A DNA stretch of 64,000 nt, taken from contig OZ320322.1 in the NCBI GenBank assembly GCA_976226885.1, positions 47,988,001 to 48,052,000 of the forward strand, given 5' to 3'. This document shows, piece by piece, positions 1-11,751 of the stretch. The notes under the pieces are model-generated. The model saw only the letters and a program-made list of their open reading frames with translations, had not been told where the DNA came from and did no database searches. Position 1 is the stretch's first letter. The number at the start of each line of letters is the position of its first letter. A program made the position numbers and the translations under genes. The stretch is from Iphione sp. A-MEVVRFRX5 (lineage: Eukaryota).

Positions 1-1540
1 TTTTTTATTTTTCAAGCTATTGTTAGATTATGGGGTATACCTGACATAGATCTGTTTGTTTCTAGGAAAAACTTTAAAGTATCAGTTAGTATATGCTAAC
101 TGGTTTCCAGATCCACAGTCAACTTATGGTAATGCTTTTTCTGTGGATTGGTTTTACCTCAATAGCCTCAGAGAGCTTGGTACAGCAGAGCTATCCAGAT
201 GGCGTGTCAACCTTTTCTACTATTTAGTTTAGGACCATACAACTTTCTGAATTACAGAAACAAGTCGACCATGGGGGTTATGGTAATTATGGTTCTTCTC
301 TTTTGAAGGCTTCATTAGAAGGGAAGGGTCTCACTAAGTCAATGAAGTAGGTTATACTAGAATCTTGGAGGGATAAAACCAGGGTGTTGTATGAATCCTA
401 CTAAAAAGATGGAATACCTTGTGTTTCTTTAAAAAGTGGGACCTTTTGAATCCCAGCCTGCCTTAAGCCGTCTAGTTTTTAATTAACTTTTATGATAAAG
501 GGGGTTCGCTATAGTGCCTTGAATACTGTTCGTAGTGCGCTTTCGGTTGTTTTTCTAAATTTTGATGGAATTGCGTTTGGAAAGCATCCTCATACCAATC
601 GACTTCTTTCGGGGTTTTTCAATTTAAGATTCCCTGTTGTTCGTATAAATTATGTGTGGGATGTCTCTAAAGTCTTAAATTATCTCAGGATTTGGACTCC
701 TAATTATTCTCTTTCACTTAAGCTTTTGTTTTATAAGTGCTTACCTCTGCTATTGCTGGTATCCTGTGGACGTCTACAGACTATTCATGCTATAAAACTT
801 TCTAACATTCATTACCTAGCTGACGAGTCAGTTCAAATTAACTATACTACTACATCTAAGCATTCTCGTGAAGGCAAGCCTGCCTCCTCTATATATCTAT
901 AATCCTTTACTAAACATTCTTCAATTTGTGTCTTAAAGTGTCTTAAGGTTTACGTATCAAAAACCTTTTCTTTAAGAGCGGGTATTAAAAACTTCTTTAT
1001 TTCATTAAAACCTCCATATGTGTCTGTAACTACTAATACTATGTCTCGTTGGACTAAAAATACCTTGTCTATGGCTGGAGTGGATGTATCAAAGTTCTCA
1101 GCACATTCAACCAGGTTTGCATCTGTTTCTAAGCTGGCAAAAATGGGTGTCCTCATAAATGAAATAATGAAAAGGGGTATGTGGTCCCATGCTAGCACGT
1201 TTCGGATCTTCTATTTAAAGGAAGTCCAATAAGGTGTGTTATCTTTACTGTTTATGGCATATTGTACAGTGTTTCTTCATTCAAGCCATATTTTTCTTTT
1301 AAAATCTTAGGTGTTGTCCTGTAGAAGGCTTGTTGTGAGTTAAAATTCATAGGGAATTCAAACTTATCTTAAGTGTCTTTTCTTCAGGAACACTGTATTT
1401 CAAGCCTGAGGTCTGTGGCCAGATCACGTGTGCAGCTCCATCTCAGATGCAGTGTTCTGAGGGTTTATTACGGTTTAAAAATTGCGGTTATTCTGCATTT
1501 AAGGTAAGTTTGATTTCTCTATGAATTAGGAGACTTATGA
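1..1540 (+). mobile_element. DIRS1-type tyrosine-recombinase retrotransposon, decayed 3' part (methyltransferase-like domain, YR integrase, right end)
   Basis: Frameshifted FQAIVRLWGIPDIDLFVSRKNFKV..YANWFPDPQSTYGNAFSVDW near 10-150 matches the DIRS MT-like domain. VILESWRDKTRVLYESY..RWNTLC near 350-430 and ORFs 492-902 and 1020-1232 (SALNTVRSALS, WDVSKVL, AHSTR..S..A, W...STF..FY) are DIRS YR motifs. The right boundary is approximate. Confidence 0.88.
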
Positions 1541-4500
1541 CATATTGTTCACCACCTACGTACGTAGTTGTCAGACTCATAACAGATTGTTCATCTATGT
1601 GCAATAGTTTCTCAGTTATGACAGTTTTTCTCTTTACCCACCTTTTGACTAGGTGACCTGTTGCTGCCTCTATCATCTGCGTCATTTGGTCGGCAGCATT
1701 TTGTTCATCACCTACATAGTTGATCAATAGATTGATAACATATCGCTAACTAGCTACGTACTCAGTAATCAACAGATGTATAACACATTTAAAATATTCT
1801 TTATATGAGTATTACTAAAACGATTCAAAAATCTTTTGTTACCACTTGTATGACAGAGAGAAAGAAAATGAAGTCTCGTGTTATAAATGGTTGATGGAGA
1901 TGTAGGATAACTAGTATAGGTAGAGTGAATGCAGTTTTAATGTTGTTTACTTTACTCATGAACAACTGATTATTAAATGGATTGTTTGCAATGGCGCTAT
2001 CTGTGTATTTATGACATGAGATATGAGTGTGTAATAGTATTACAAAATCAATGTCATACTTTACTGGGAAATGACAGAGAAATTCGTGTAATCGAAACAA
2101 ATCTCTTTCTCTTCATTCAGAGTGTATTTTTTTTGGTTTTTGCTTGTAGCATGTCAACGATGTGGCGTTGAATTAGTTCGAGTCCGAGGATTCGTTGATT
2201 GAAATTTTGGATTTGATGGAGCGCTTGATCCTACTCAGCGTGACCTTGCTTTCTGCCACTTGTTATCAAGACGACGAAAGTACGGTGGAGGACATATGCG
2301 ATAAGTGATATTTTGTTCTGGAACAAGAAGTAAGCCGTAAGTCTTCAAGATGTTATGTCTTCAACATTTGGTCCTTTGAGGGTTTTTTTTCCAAATTAGG
2401 AATTGTTTATTTTATACTGTGGAAGTTCATTCGATGTAGTTGGTGCATTGTCTATACTTGATCTGTGAATAGATCTTCGTAGTCTCAAATACTATTTAGA
2501 AATCAATTTCATTTGGATGTTAAGTTATTTTTTAATGTGAGTTTCGATGTATTTGTATCTTTATATTAAAATTTTTTAAAATACTTATTGTTTAATGATC
2601 ACGTTTTGCCTGCAACGCTAAGGATGTTACTGTGAATGTCTTTTGGATGGTGTTTCAGGTGAGAAGATTGAAAAGCTGCAAGACTTTTGGGTTTTTTTCA
2701 TTAACGTGCGTATCGAGGTGAAGGTAATGTATTCGACTAGCATGAAGTGGATGACGGATACATCCGAGCTGGTCGAGTACTATTGAATCAACATGGAGTT
2801 CAGTACCGAGAGTGATTACATTGAAGTTGTTTACTGTAGTAAGTATGGCTTTTCGAAGCGATGCTACCAGTTTTCGATCATCACTCATTAGATAAGACTT
2901 TTCCAAGCGACACTATTAGTCTCTGGTCGTTACTCATCAGATACTAGGCACTGGCGCTCCGAAAAGGAAGCATCTCATTCAGGGAGGAACCTCTCATTCA
3001 GGGAGAAGGGTGCCAATTGTTACTGGTGGGAGGCATTTTAGTGCAGAGGACATTTTGGGAGCTAGGGTTATTCAAGGATGAGAAGTAGGATTGGGCCGTG
3101 GGAGTTAGGGTTATTCAAGGATGAGAAGTAGGATTGGGCCGTGGGAGAGGGGGGTATATTGGATTTGACACCTTTGGAGAAGGCACCGCTTCATTTAACG
3201 TTCATTTTCCTTTTTGTTTTTTCCAATGAGAATTTTTAATTGTATGATTTTTCTTTTATATTTAAGTTGGAAGCATTTACGAACTATAGTAAAGAGTGAA
3301 CGTTTTTTTAGTACTTCAATATCTACGGTTTTCGCGAAGCAAACTTTGTAGTGCTTTGGGCAAAGTATTTAGCAGTTATCTGTTATAATTACGTATATAC
3401 AATTTGTGTAAATGTATGCATATGTAATCTCTCGTATTTATGTATATGTATATACATATGTACATGAACACATATGTACGTATAAAATGTTCATATAAAG
3501 CAATTGTATTTATACATTTATATGTGTTTTATATATATGGCTGGAGTGGATGTATCAAAGTTCTCAGCACATTCAATCAGGTCTGCATCTGTTTCTAAGC
3601 TGGCAAAAATGGGTGCCTTCATAAATGAAATAATGAAAAGGGGTATGTGGTTCCATGCTAGCACGTTTTATATCTTCTATTTAAAGGAAGTCCAATAAGG
3701 TGTGTTATCTTTGCTGTTTATGGTATATTGTACAGTGTTTCTTCATTCAAGCCATATTTCTCTTTTAAAATCTTAGGTGTTGCCCTGTAGAAGGTTTGTT
3801 ATGAGTTAAAATTCATAGGGAATTCAAACTTACCTTAAGTGTCTTTTCTTCAAGAACACTGTATTTCAAGTCTGAGGTCTATGGCTAGATCACGTGTGCA
3901 GCTCCATCTCAGATGCAGCGTTCTGAGGGTTTATTACGCTTTAAAAATTGCGGTTATTTTGCACTTAAGGTAAGTTTGATTTCTCTATGAATTAGGAGAC
4001 TTATGACATATTGTTCACCACCTACGTATGTAGTTGTCAGACTCATAACAGATTGTTCATCACCTACATAGTTAATCAATAGATTGATAACATATCGCTA
4101 ACTAGCTACGTATTCAGTAATCAACAGATGTATAACATATTCTTTATATGAGTATTACTAAAACGATCCAAAAATCTTTTGTTACCACTTGTATGATAGA
4201 GAAAAAGAAAATGAAGTCTCATGTCACAAATGGTTGATGGAAATGTAGGATAACTAGTGTAGGCAGAGTGAATGTAGTTTTAATATTGTAACGATTGGAG
4301 AAGTCGAGTTAAATTATATTATCTACAGTTCTCTCNNNNNNNNNNNNNNNNNNNNNNNNNNNNNNNNNNNNNNNNNNNNNNNNNNNNNNNNNNNNNNNNN
4401 NNNNNNNNNNNNNNNNNNNNNNNNNNNNNNNNNNNNNNNNNNNNNNNNNNNNNNNNNNNNNNNNNNNNNNNNNNNNNNNNNNNNNNNNNNNNNNNNNNNN

Positions 4501-6155
4501 NNNNNNNNNNNNNNNNNNNNNNNNNNNNNNNNNNNNNNNAACATTCATATGTATGCTGGGTAATAAATGGCTGTGATAAACGAGATGTGAATTTTTTGGT
4601 TTTGGGGGTATTGGTTGCTAAGGGATGATCTATGTTGGTTTACTTTACTCATGGACAACTGATTACTGAATGGGTTGTTTGCAATGGCGCTATCTGTGTA
4701 TTTATGACATGAGACATGAGTGTGTAATAGTATCACAAAATCAATGTCACACTTTACTGGGAAATTCTTGTAATCGAAACAAATCTCTTTCTCTTCATTC
4801 AAAGTGTATTTTTTGGGGCTTCTGCTTGTAGCATGTCAACGATGTGGCGTTGAATTAGTTCGAGTTCGAGGATTCGTTGACTGAAATTTTGGATCTGATG
4901 GAGCGCTTGATCCTATCCAGCGTGACCTTGCTTTCTGCCACTTGTTATTAAGACGACGAGAGTACGGTGGAAGATATACGCGATAAGTGATATTTTGTTC
5001 TGGAATAAGAAGTAAGCCGTAAGTCTTCAAGATGTCATGTCTTCAACATTTGGCCCTTTGAGGGTTTTTTTCCAAATTAGGAACTGTTTATATTATATTG
5101 TGGAAGCTCATTCGATATAGTTGGTGCATTGTCCATACTTGATCTGTGAATAGATCTTCGTAGTCTCAAATATTATTTAGAAATCAATTTCATTTGGATG
5201 TTAAGTTATTTTTTAATGTGAGTTTCGATGTATTTGTATCTTTATATTAAAATTTTTTAAAAATACTTATTGTTTAATGATCACGTTTTGCCTGCAACGC
5301 TAAGGGTGTTACTGTGAATGTCTTTTGGATGGTGTTTCAGGTGAGAAGATTGAAAAGCTGCAAGACTTTTTGGTTTTTTTCCTTAACGTGCGTACCGAGG
5401 TGGAGGTAATGTATTCGACTAGCGTGAAGTGGATGACGGTTACATCTGAGTTGGTCGAGTGCTACTGAATCAACATGGAGCTCAGTACCGAGAGTGGTTA
5501 CATTGAAGTTGTTTACTGTAGCAAGTATGGCTTTTCGAAGCGATGCTACCAGTTTTCGGTCATCACTCATCAGATAAGACTTCTCCAAGCGACACTATTA
5601 GTTTCTGGTCATTACTTATCAGATACTGGGCACTGGTGCTTCGAAAAGGAAGCATCTCATTCAGGGAGGAGGGTGCCAATTGTTACTGGTGGGAGGCGTT
5701 TTAGTGTAGAAGACATTTTGGGAGCTAGGGTTATTTAAGGATGAGAAGTAGGATTGGGTCATGGGAGAGGGGGGTATATTGGATTTGACACCTTTGGAGA
5801 AGGCACCGCTTCACTTAACGTTCATTTTCTTTTCTGTCTTTTTCAATGAGGATTTTTAATTGTATAATTTTTCGTTTATACTTAAGTTGGAAGCATTTAC
5901 GAACTATAGTAAAGAGTGAACGTTTTTTTTAGTACTTCAATATTTACGGTTTTCGCGAAGCAAACTTTGTAGTGCTTTGGGTAAAGTATTTAGCAGTTAT
6001 TTGTTATAATTACGTATATACAATTTGTGTAAATATATGCATATGTAATTTCTCGTATTTATGTATATGTATATACATATGTACATGGACACATATGTAT
6101 GTATAAAATGTTCATATAAAGCAATTGTGTTTATACATTTATATGTGTTTTATAT
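1071..6155. repeat. ~2.5 kb tandem duplication (1071-3536 and 3537-~6155), second copy spans the N gap
   Basis: atggctggagtggatgtatc restarts at 3537, and near-identical ORFs recur (2655-2906 vs 5337-5588; 1020-1232 vs 3504-3698). Confidence 0.92.
4336..4539. other. Assembly gap (run of N)
   Basis: 204 consecutive N. Confidence 1.
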
Positions 6156-6879
6156 GTATGTGTATATGTATATATACAGATGTATATATATGTAGTCACT
6201 GTGACGTCACGTGTATCTGTGCGCACATAAATAAACTGATGATATACAATATCATTAGATTATTGAGTCCCACAACGTATATTCGTATGTTTGGAGGAAG
6301 TTTAGAAATTACTACAAATAGGTTACTAGATCCGAACTGTATTGCTCAAAGGTCATCATCGAAAGGGCGTTGATGGTTTTAATTCTGGAGGTTCAGTGGA
6401 AGCTGCCCGTTGATAATTTGAAAAGAGTCTGTTTCTTTTTTGTAAAAGTTAAATACACGTACGTATCGAAGGCAGTTACAGAGAGGCGACATGGAGTTCT
6501 GCTTCTGTGCATCTGACGGACAAATCTATGATACGCCCTTTTTTTCCCCACGGTTTTGATCATTTTGTGGGTATATGTCCTTGTTAGATCTGCATTGTTC
6601 TGAGATGTAACTTTAGCACCAGTAGGTGAGTGTGTGTAAGTTTAGATATGACGCTGCTATTTGTATTAAATCGTAAACACCTGTGTGTACATCTTGATAT
6701 AAAGTGATGATTACATTTCGCTGCAAAATAGTGATATTGATGCTATCCTAGAAGATATCTATGAGACAAGATTCATTAATAAATTTTGTCATCTAGACAT
6801 AGTATGGTTCGCGTTATGCAGGTTATTGGATGAATATTATGAGAATTATTCAAACAACAAAATCATTTTGCTGCTATTA

Positions 6880-7310
6880 ACGATTTGATTTTTTTTACGA
6901 TAGTTGGCTGGATATTGTATGAAGGGTTGAGTTTGGGGAAGGGGTATCGATTTGCTATGAAAGCTGCAGTTGACTTTCTGATCTTTTCTACAACTGTTGG
7001 CTAGATGTTGCATAAAGAGGTGAGGTGAGGGAAGGAGTATTAGTTTGCTATGAGAGGTGCCATTGACGATTTGATCTTTGCTAAGACAGTTGGTTTGATG
7101 TTGTATGAAGGGTTGAAGTTGGGGAAGGGGTATCAGTCTGCTATGAGAGCTGTTATTGACGACGTAACCTTTCTTAAAATAGTTGGTTTGATGTTGCATA
7201 AAGAGTTGAGGTTGGGGAAGGAGTATCGGTTTGGTATGAGAGTTGTCATTGACAACTTGAGTTTTGCTAAAACAGTTCGCTTGATGTTATATGCAGAGTT
7301 GAGGTGAGGG
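6880..7310. repeat. 93-bp minisatellite, ~5 diverged copies
   Basis: gttggYTRgatRttgYat recurs at about 6904, 6997, 7090, 7182 and 7276, giving 31-aa periodic ORFs on both strands. Confidence 0.85.
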
Positions 7311-8339
7311 AGTTACATATAGACTAATTGTCAGTATACGACAGATTGAAGTCATGTATAGATTAGTTCTCAGTATTCAATGGTTGGAAAGTAGTCACAT
7401 GTAAACTAGCTCTTAGTACGCAGTAGATTGAAATCACATGTAGCGTTGGATGTGACACATAGGCCAGCTGGTAGTACTTAGTAGGTTGAACTCATATGTA
7501 GATCAGGTTTTGCCGACTGGTCATCTATTATTAGTAATCACACAAAATGCATAATATTCCAGTGTTTATGTTTTATTTCGTTTGCACTGTGGTGTTACAT
7601 AAGAACTAGTCATGGAAAGATTTAAAATATTGTATATGTCAGTTGGAGAGGTGTCCTGCTTTCTATATCATTTTTTTCTAATCCTCTTTTGTGTATATTC
7701 TCATGTACATGTGTATATGTATGTATTAAAGGACTATTACTATCAATACCTTTCTGTTTGTGTACAGTTGTTTAGGGTGGAGGAGTCATGGGTTTATATT
7801 CTATGTACAAAGGTAATACAGATAAGACTTGAATACATTTTTCCTCTTCTCACATATACTTTATTGGTTTGTAAAAGGGTGATCATTTGTACTGTGTTCA
7901 CTTTGAACTTAATCACATATAGAGGAGATCGATTTTCAAGCGGGTTGTATATGTATTTGTATTTGGCTTGGCGTGTATGATGTTTATGTGATTGGCGTAG
8001 GGGTTAGGGAGGGGGGGGGGGGAGATACCTATAGTTTATTTATTTGTTTTCGGGTGTATTAAGTAGTACCAGCGAACTGTAAAATATACGAATAAACGTT
8101 GTTATTAAGATATTGTAGAATGTTGTGTATCATTAAATAGACAATGGGTTCAAATATAGATGAACCCAATAACGACCCACAATCAACGATCAAAATGGCA
8201 GTCTATATTTTACAGTATGGCCGGTGTTTAAAATGGTGGTGTTTCCGTATGGCTGCGAGCTCGACCGGATATATTGAGAGATCATTTCGATCATATCGAG
8301 GTGATCACTTTGAATATTAAATTGTTTGCTTACCATTCA

Positions 8340-9250
8340 CAGTGATATTAGTATAGGTGTCAATTGTTTTTGATAGAATAGTAAGGAAAGCATTATGCGT
8401 ACATATATTGTATAATTTAGTAGAGTCTAGTATATTATGGTAATATCAGTATAGATGTTATCTGTTCTTGATAGCAAGCAGGGCGTTTTTGGTATATGTA
8501 CTATACCATTTAGTGCAATGAGAGACATTTACAGTAATACTAGTATAGATGTTATCTGTTTATGATGGTAAGCAAGGCATTATTCGTGTACGTATTGTAT
8601 AGTTTAATAGAATTTTTTTCAATTCTTTACTAAAATATTTATCTATAAATATAGGTCGCGTGACCCCATGGAAGATGGACCTATTGAGTGATAGTAATAG
8701 TCAACATTTTGAGAAGAAGTGGCGATAAAAGTGCTGATCAATTTATAGTGAGGAGGAGTCAGGTATATTTACAGTGATATTAGTATAGATGCTATTTATG
8801 CTTGATAGTAAGCAAAATACATTTACAGTGACAGTAGTACAAATGTCGTCTGCTATTGATAGCAAGTATAGTGTGGTACAGCGAGGTAATTTACAATGAC
8901 TAGTATAGATGTCATTTGTATCTGAAAGTAAAGAAGGTATTATTTGTACATATATTGTGTAGCGTGGTTGAGTCTGGTATATTGATAGTGATACTAGTAT
9001 AGGTGTCATCTGATTTTGATAGGAAGAAAGGTGTTAACTGTACATGTATCGTAGACTAGTATAGGTGGTATTTTTGGTTCGATAGTAAATAAGGCGTTGC
9101 TTGTGTATGCATTGTATTACTTAGTACAATGAGGAATATTTACAGTGATATCAGTCCAGATGTCATTTGTTTTTGATAGTAAGCAAAGCGTTATTTGTGC
9201 ATGCATTGTATAGTTCAGTAGAGTCAGATACATTGACAGTGATTGTGTGT
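8340..9250. repeat. Degenerate ~90-bp tandem repeat array
   Basis: Recurrent agtgatattagtatagatgttatctgtt...tgatagYaagcaa motif. Confidence 0.75.
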
Positions 9251-10095
9251 TCTCGTTTCAATTATTTACTAACGTATCTGTCTATTAATACAGGTTGCCT
9301 GAATCTATGGAAGATGAATTTGTTGAGTTATAGTAGCAGTCAACATTTTTGGAGGAGGTGGTGGTAGAGGTGTTTATCAGTTTATAAGAAGGAGGAGTGT
9401 CCATCCAAACTGAAATTCCTTGTAAGTATTACATCAGTTTGTTTTATGGTCTTGAATGTGGGATAGTATGTTATACAAAAAAATTATATAGTTTGATGAA
9501 TAGTTTATGAAATGTTTCGTTATCAGATAGAATGATTTCTGTGTATATTCCCTTGACTATGTAGACTAAGGAGATGTATTCATTAGTTCTGGATATTAAG
9601 AGTTGGCGTTGGACGTGAAATTAGAATTGATGGTTTCTCTTCAATTTTTGGCTGCCGTTTTCTTTCTGTGCTAGGTAAACGTCTCTGATAGGCGAATTTC
9701 GACTGTGTGTAGAAGACAGTTGGATGGTCTCTTTCTTATATATCATTTTTAATATAATCTTTCTCAATTGGTGAAGCGTCTCTTGCAGAGATGGAGTAAA
9801 TGAATCCAAGAGATGACACGAGTGATGAAACCAGAGTCAAAGATTACATATTATGATACAAGATCATTTAGTTTTAAGGTCGAAGTGTAGGGTTAGAGCT
9901 TTAGTAACTTGCAAACTTAATGGATGTTACACAGGTATACCTCTCTTAATAAGATAGATATATTTTTTGATGTTATGTCGTGCCAACAATGTCTCATATC
10001 ATTATTCATTTGTTCTAAAAGAGAGATATGTTGGTGTTGTTTCTCTTTCCAAAATATGAAGGAGGGAGTATATCTTACAATCTCTATTACTATAG

Positions 10096-11751
10096 ATGCA
10101 TGATTGGTCACATATGGAAGACCATTTCTTCAAGTGCAAGCATACTGATTGTGGCAAAGTCTTCACCACCAACTACGGTCTTAAGTCATACACATGAGTA
10201 CATGCAAGGGAGAAGTCCTACCGCGGTTCCAAGGACGCCTGTAACAAGGCTTTCAAAATCTTTAGCGATCTGTAGAAATACATCCGGACGCATGTACGTT
10301 TATTGTAGGTTTTTCTTCCTAGTATGTCTTTCTGTTGCTTATTAAAAAGGTTTATTGTTCTCGATTTTTAAAGGCTTCGTAACTATATAGGAGTTATTTG
10401 TATACATACTAGAGGGCTTAAGTGAGATTTTTTCAACAGCTAGAAACTGAGCAACAACAGTGAAAAGAATTTCTATTGCTTACAAAGCCATGATAGTTTA
10501 ACCGTTGTTACTAAATCAAGTGTTTATAATCTGAAAGGGTGCATATTCTATTGGGACGAATGTTAAGAATGATATTGCAGTTTGATAAATATGCTGAGAA
10601 ATAGGTATTTTCATACGCATGTATAATTATAGTGGAGACTATATTCATGCGCACTAAGTATTTGAATATTTGTGATTTATGAAGTGACCGCATTGATATT
10701 TAGGTGACGTTTTTTGGGGAAAATGTGACGTTTCGATTTCTAAATGGACTATACAACGGTAATCATTCAGATGCCGAGCTCTTTTGGAATACATTTATTA
10801 GTAGTTGTGTAGACATGGAAGTTATCTCTTTATGAATATTTTCGATCTTTATAGTGTTTTCGTTACTATTTACACCCTTTTTTTTCCAAAATACGTTTAA
10901 CATTTAGGCGAGTGGTCTTTCAAGTGTTCATTCTAAGGCTGTGATCGGTCTTTCACGGGGTTTTGCATCACTTCAAGCATATGTAAAATGTATATTTGCA
11001 TGTACACTGGTGAGTGATTCTACCTCTGCGAGGAAGGTGGCTGTAATAAGGTTTTCACCTCGGTCATTAACTACAAGAATCACATTAAGATTTACACTAG
11101 TGAATTTCATACGAAGACGAAGTGGTTCATTTAATTATTATATGTTAGATGTGCATTTACGTAAGAATAGTGTGTGTAGTGTGGATAGGATCCAACAGTC
11201 ACTTTTCTTCAACAGAGGATTTAATTTGTATACACAGTGTATACGTACACATATATATATACATACTCGTATATGACATCAAATTTGTTTCTTTATCAGT
11301 ACATGTATTTGTTGATGTGAATGATATAGAATATGAAATGAAATTTTCCATCATTGTTATGTTTTACGAAGATTTATAGTGGATAATACATGTATTTTGA
11401 TTAAATGGTAATACTAGCCATATATAGGTATATAACATATTTCAACTGTTGTAGGTGAGAAGTGGTAACCATATACAGGTATATAATACATTTCTATTGT
11501 CGCTGGTGAGAATTGGTAATCATGTATAGGTATGAAATATATCTCGATTGCTGTTGATGAGAATTGGTAACCATATATAGGTATATTATGTGTAGCTTAA
11601 CTGCTACTGGTGAGAATTATTAATTATATGCAGATTTATTGTATGTATATTAACTGTTGCAGGTGATAAGCCGTAACTATATATAGGTATGCATATGTTA
11701 TATACGTGTATTCTAACTATCGTAGGTAAGAAGGCGTACGTTTGTATAGTA
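10096..11751 (+). pseudogene. ZNF143: ZNF143/ZNF76 (Staf)-like C2H2 zinc-finger pseudogene, intron-containing; exons ~10096-10293, 10908-11099, 11726-11751
   Basis: Exon 1: HDWSHMEDHFFKCKHTDCGKVFTTNYGLKSH, frameshift, HAREKSYRGSKDACNKAFKIFSDL*KYIRTH. Exon 2: EWSFKCSF*GCDRSFT....TSSICKMYICMYTGE*FYLCEEGGCNKVFTSVINYKNHIKIYT. Exon 3 start: KKAYVCIV. These align consecutively with ZNF143 fingers as recalled (YGLKSH, SGDLQKHIRTH, TTSNIRKVH, ASATNYKNHVRIHT, GEKPYVCTV). AG/GT sites flank the exons. Confidence 0.88.
11405..11735 (+). repeat. ~52-bp minisatellite (~6 units) built from a splice acceptor plus first exon codons
   Basis: Units end in YTaactgttgYag-gtgagaag; the last unit runs into the zinc-finger exon start gtaagaaggcgtacgtttgt. 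Confidence 0.75.

Noticed and set aside
492-1232. Phage or prophage integrase, horizontal transfer from bacteria
   Set aside because: Motifs and the upstream MT-like domain fit DIRS retrotransposon YR; no prokaryotic gene organisation nearby.
4309-4548. ORFs made of X residues
   Set aside because: Artefacts of the N gap.
6880-11735. CRISPR-like arrays (93-, 90- and 52-bp periodicity)
   Set aside because: Whole units are homologous with no unique spacers, there are no cas genes, and the context is eukaryotic.
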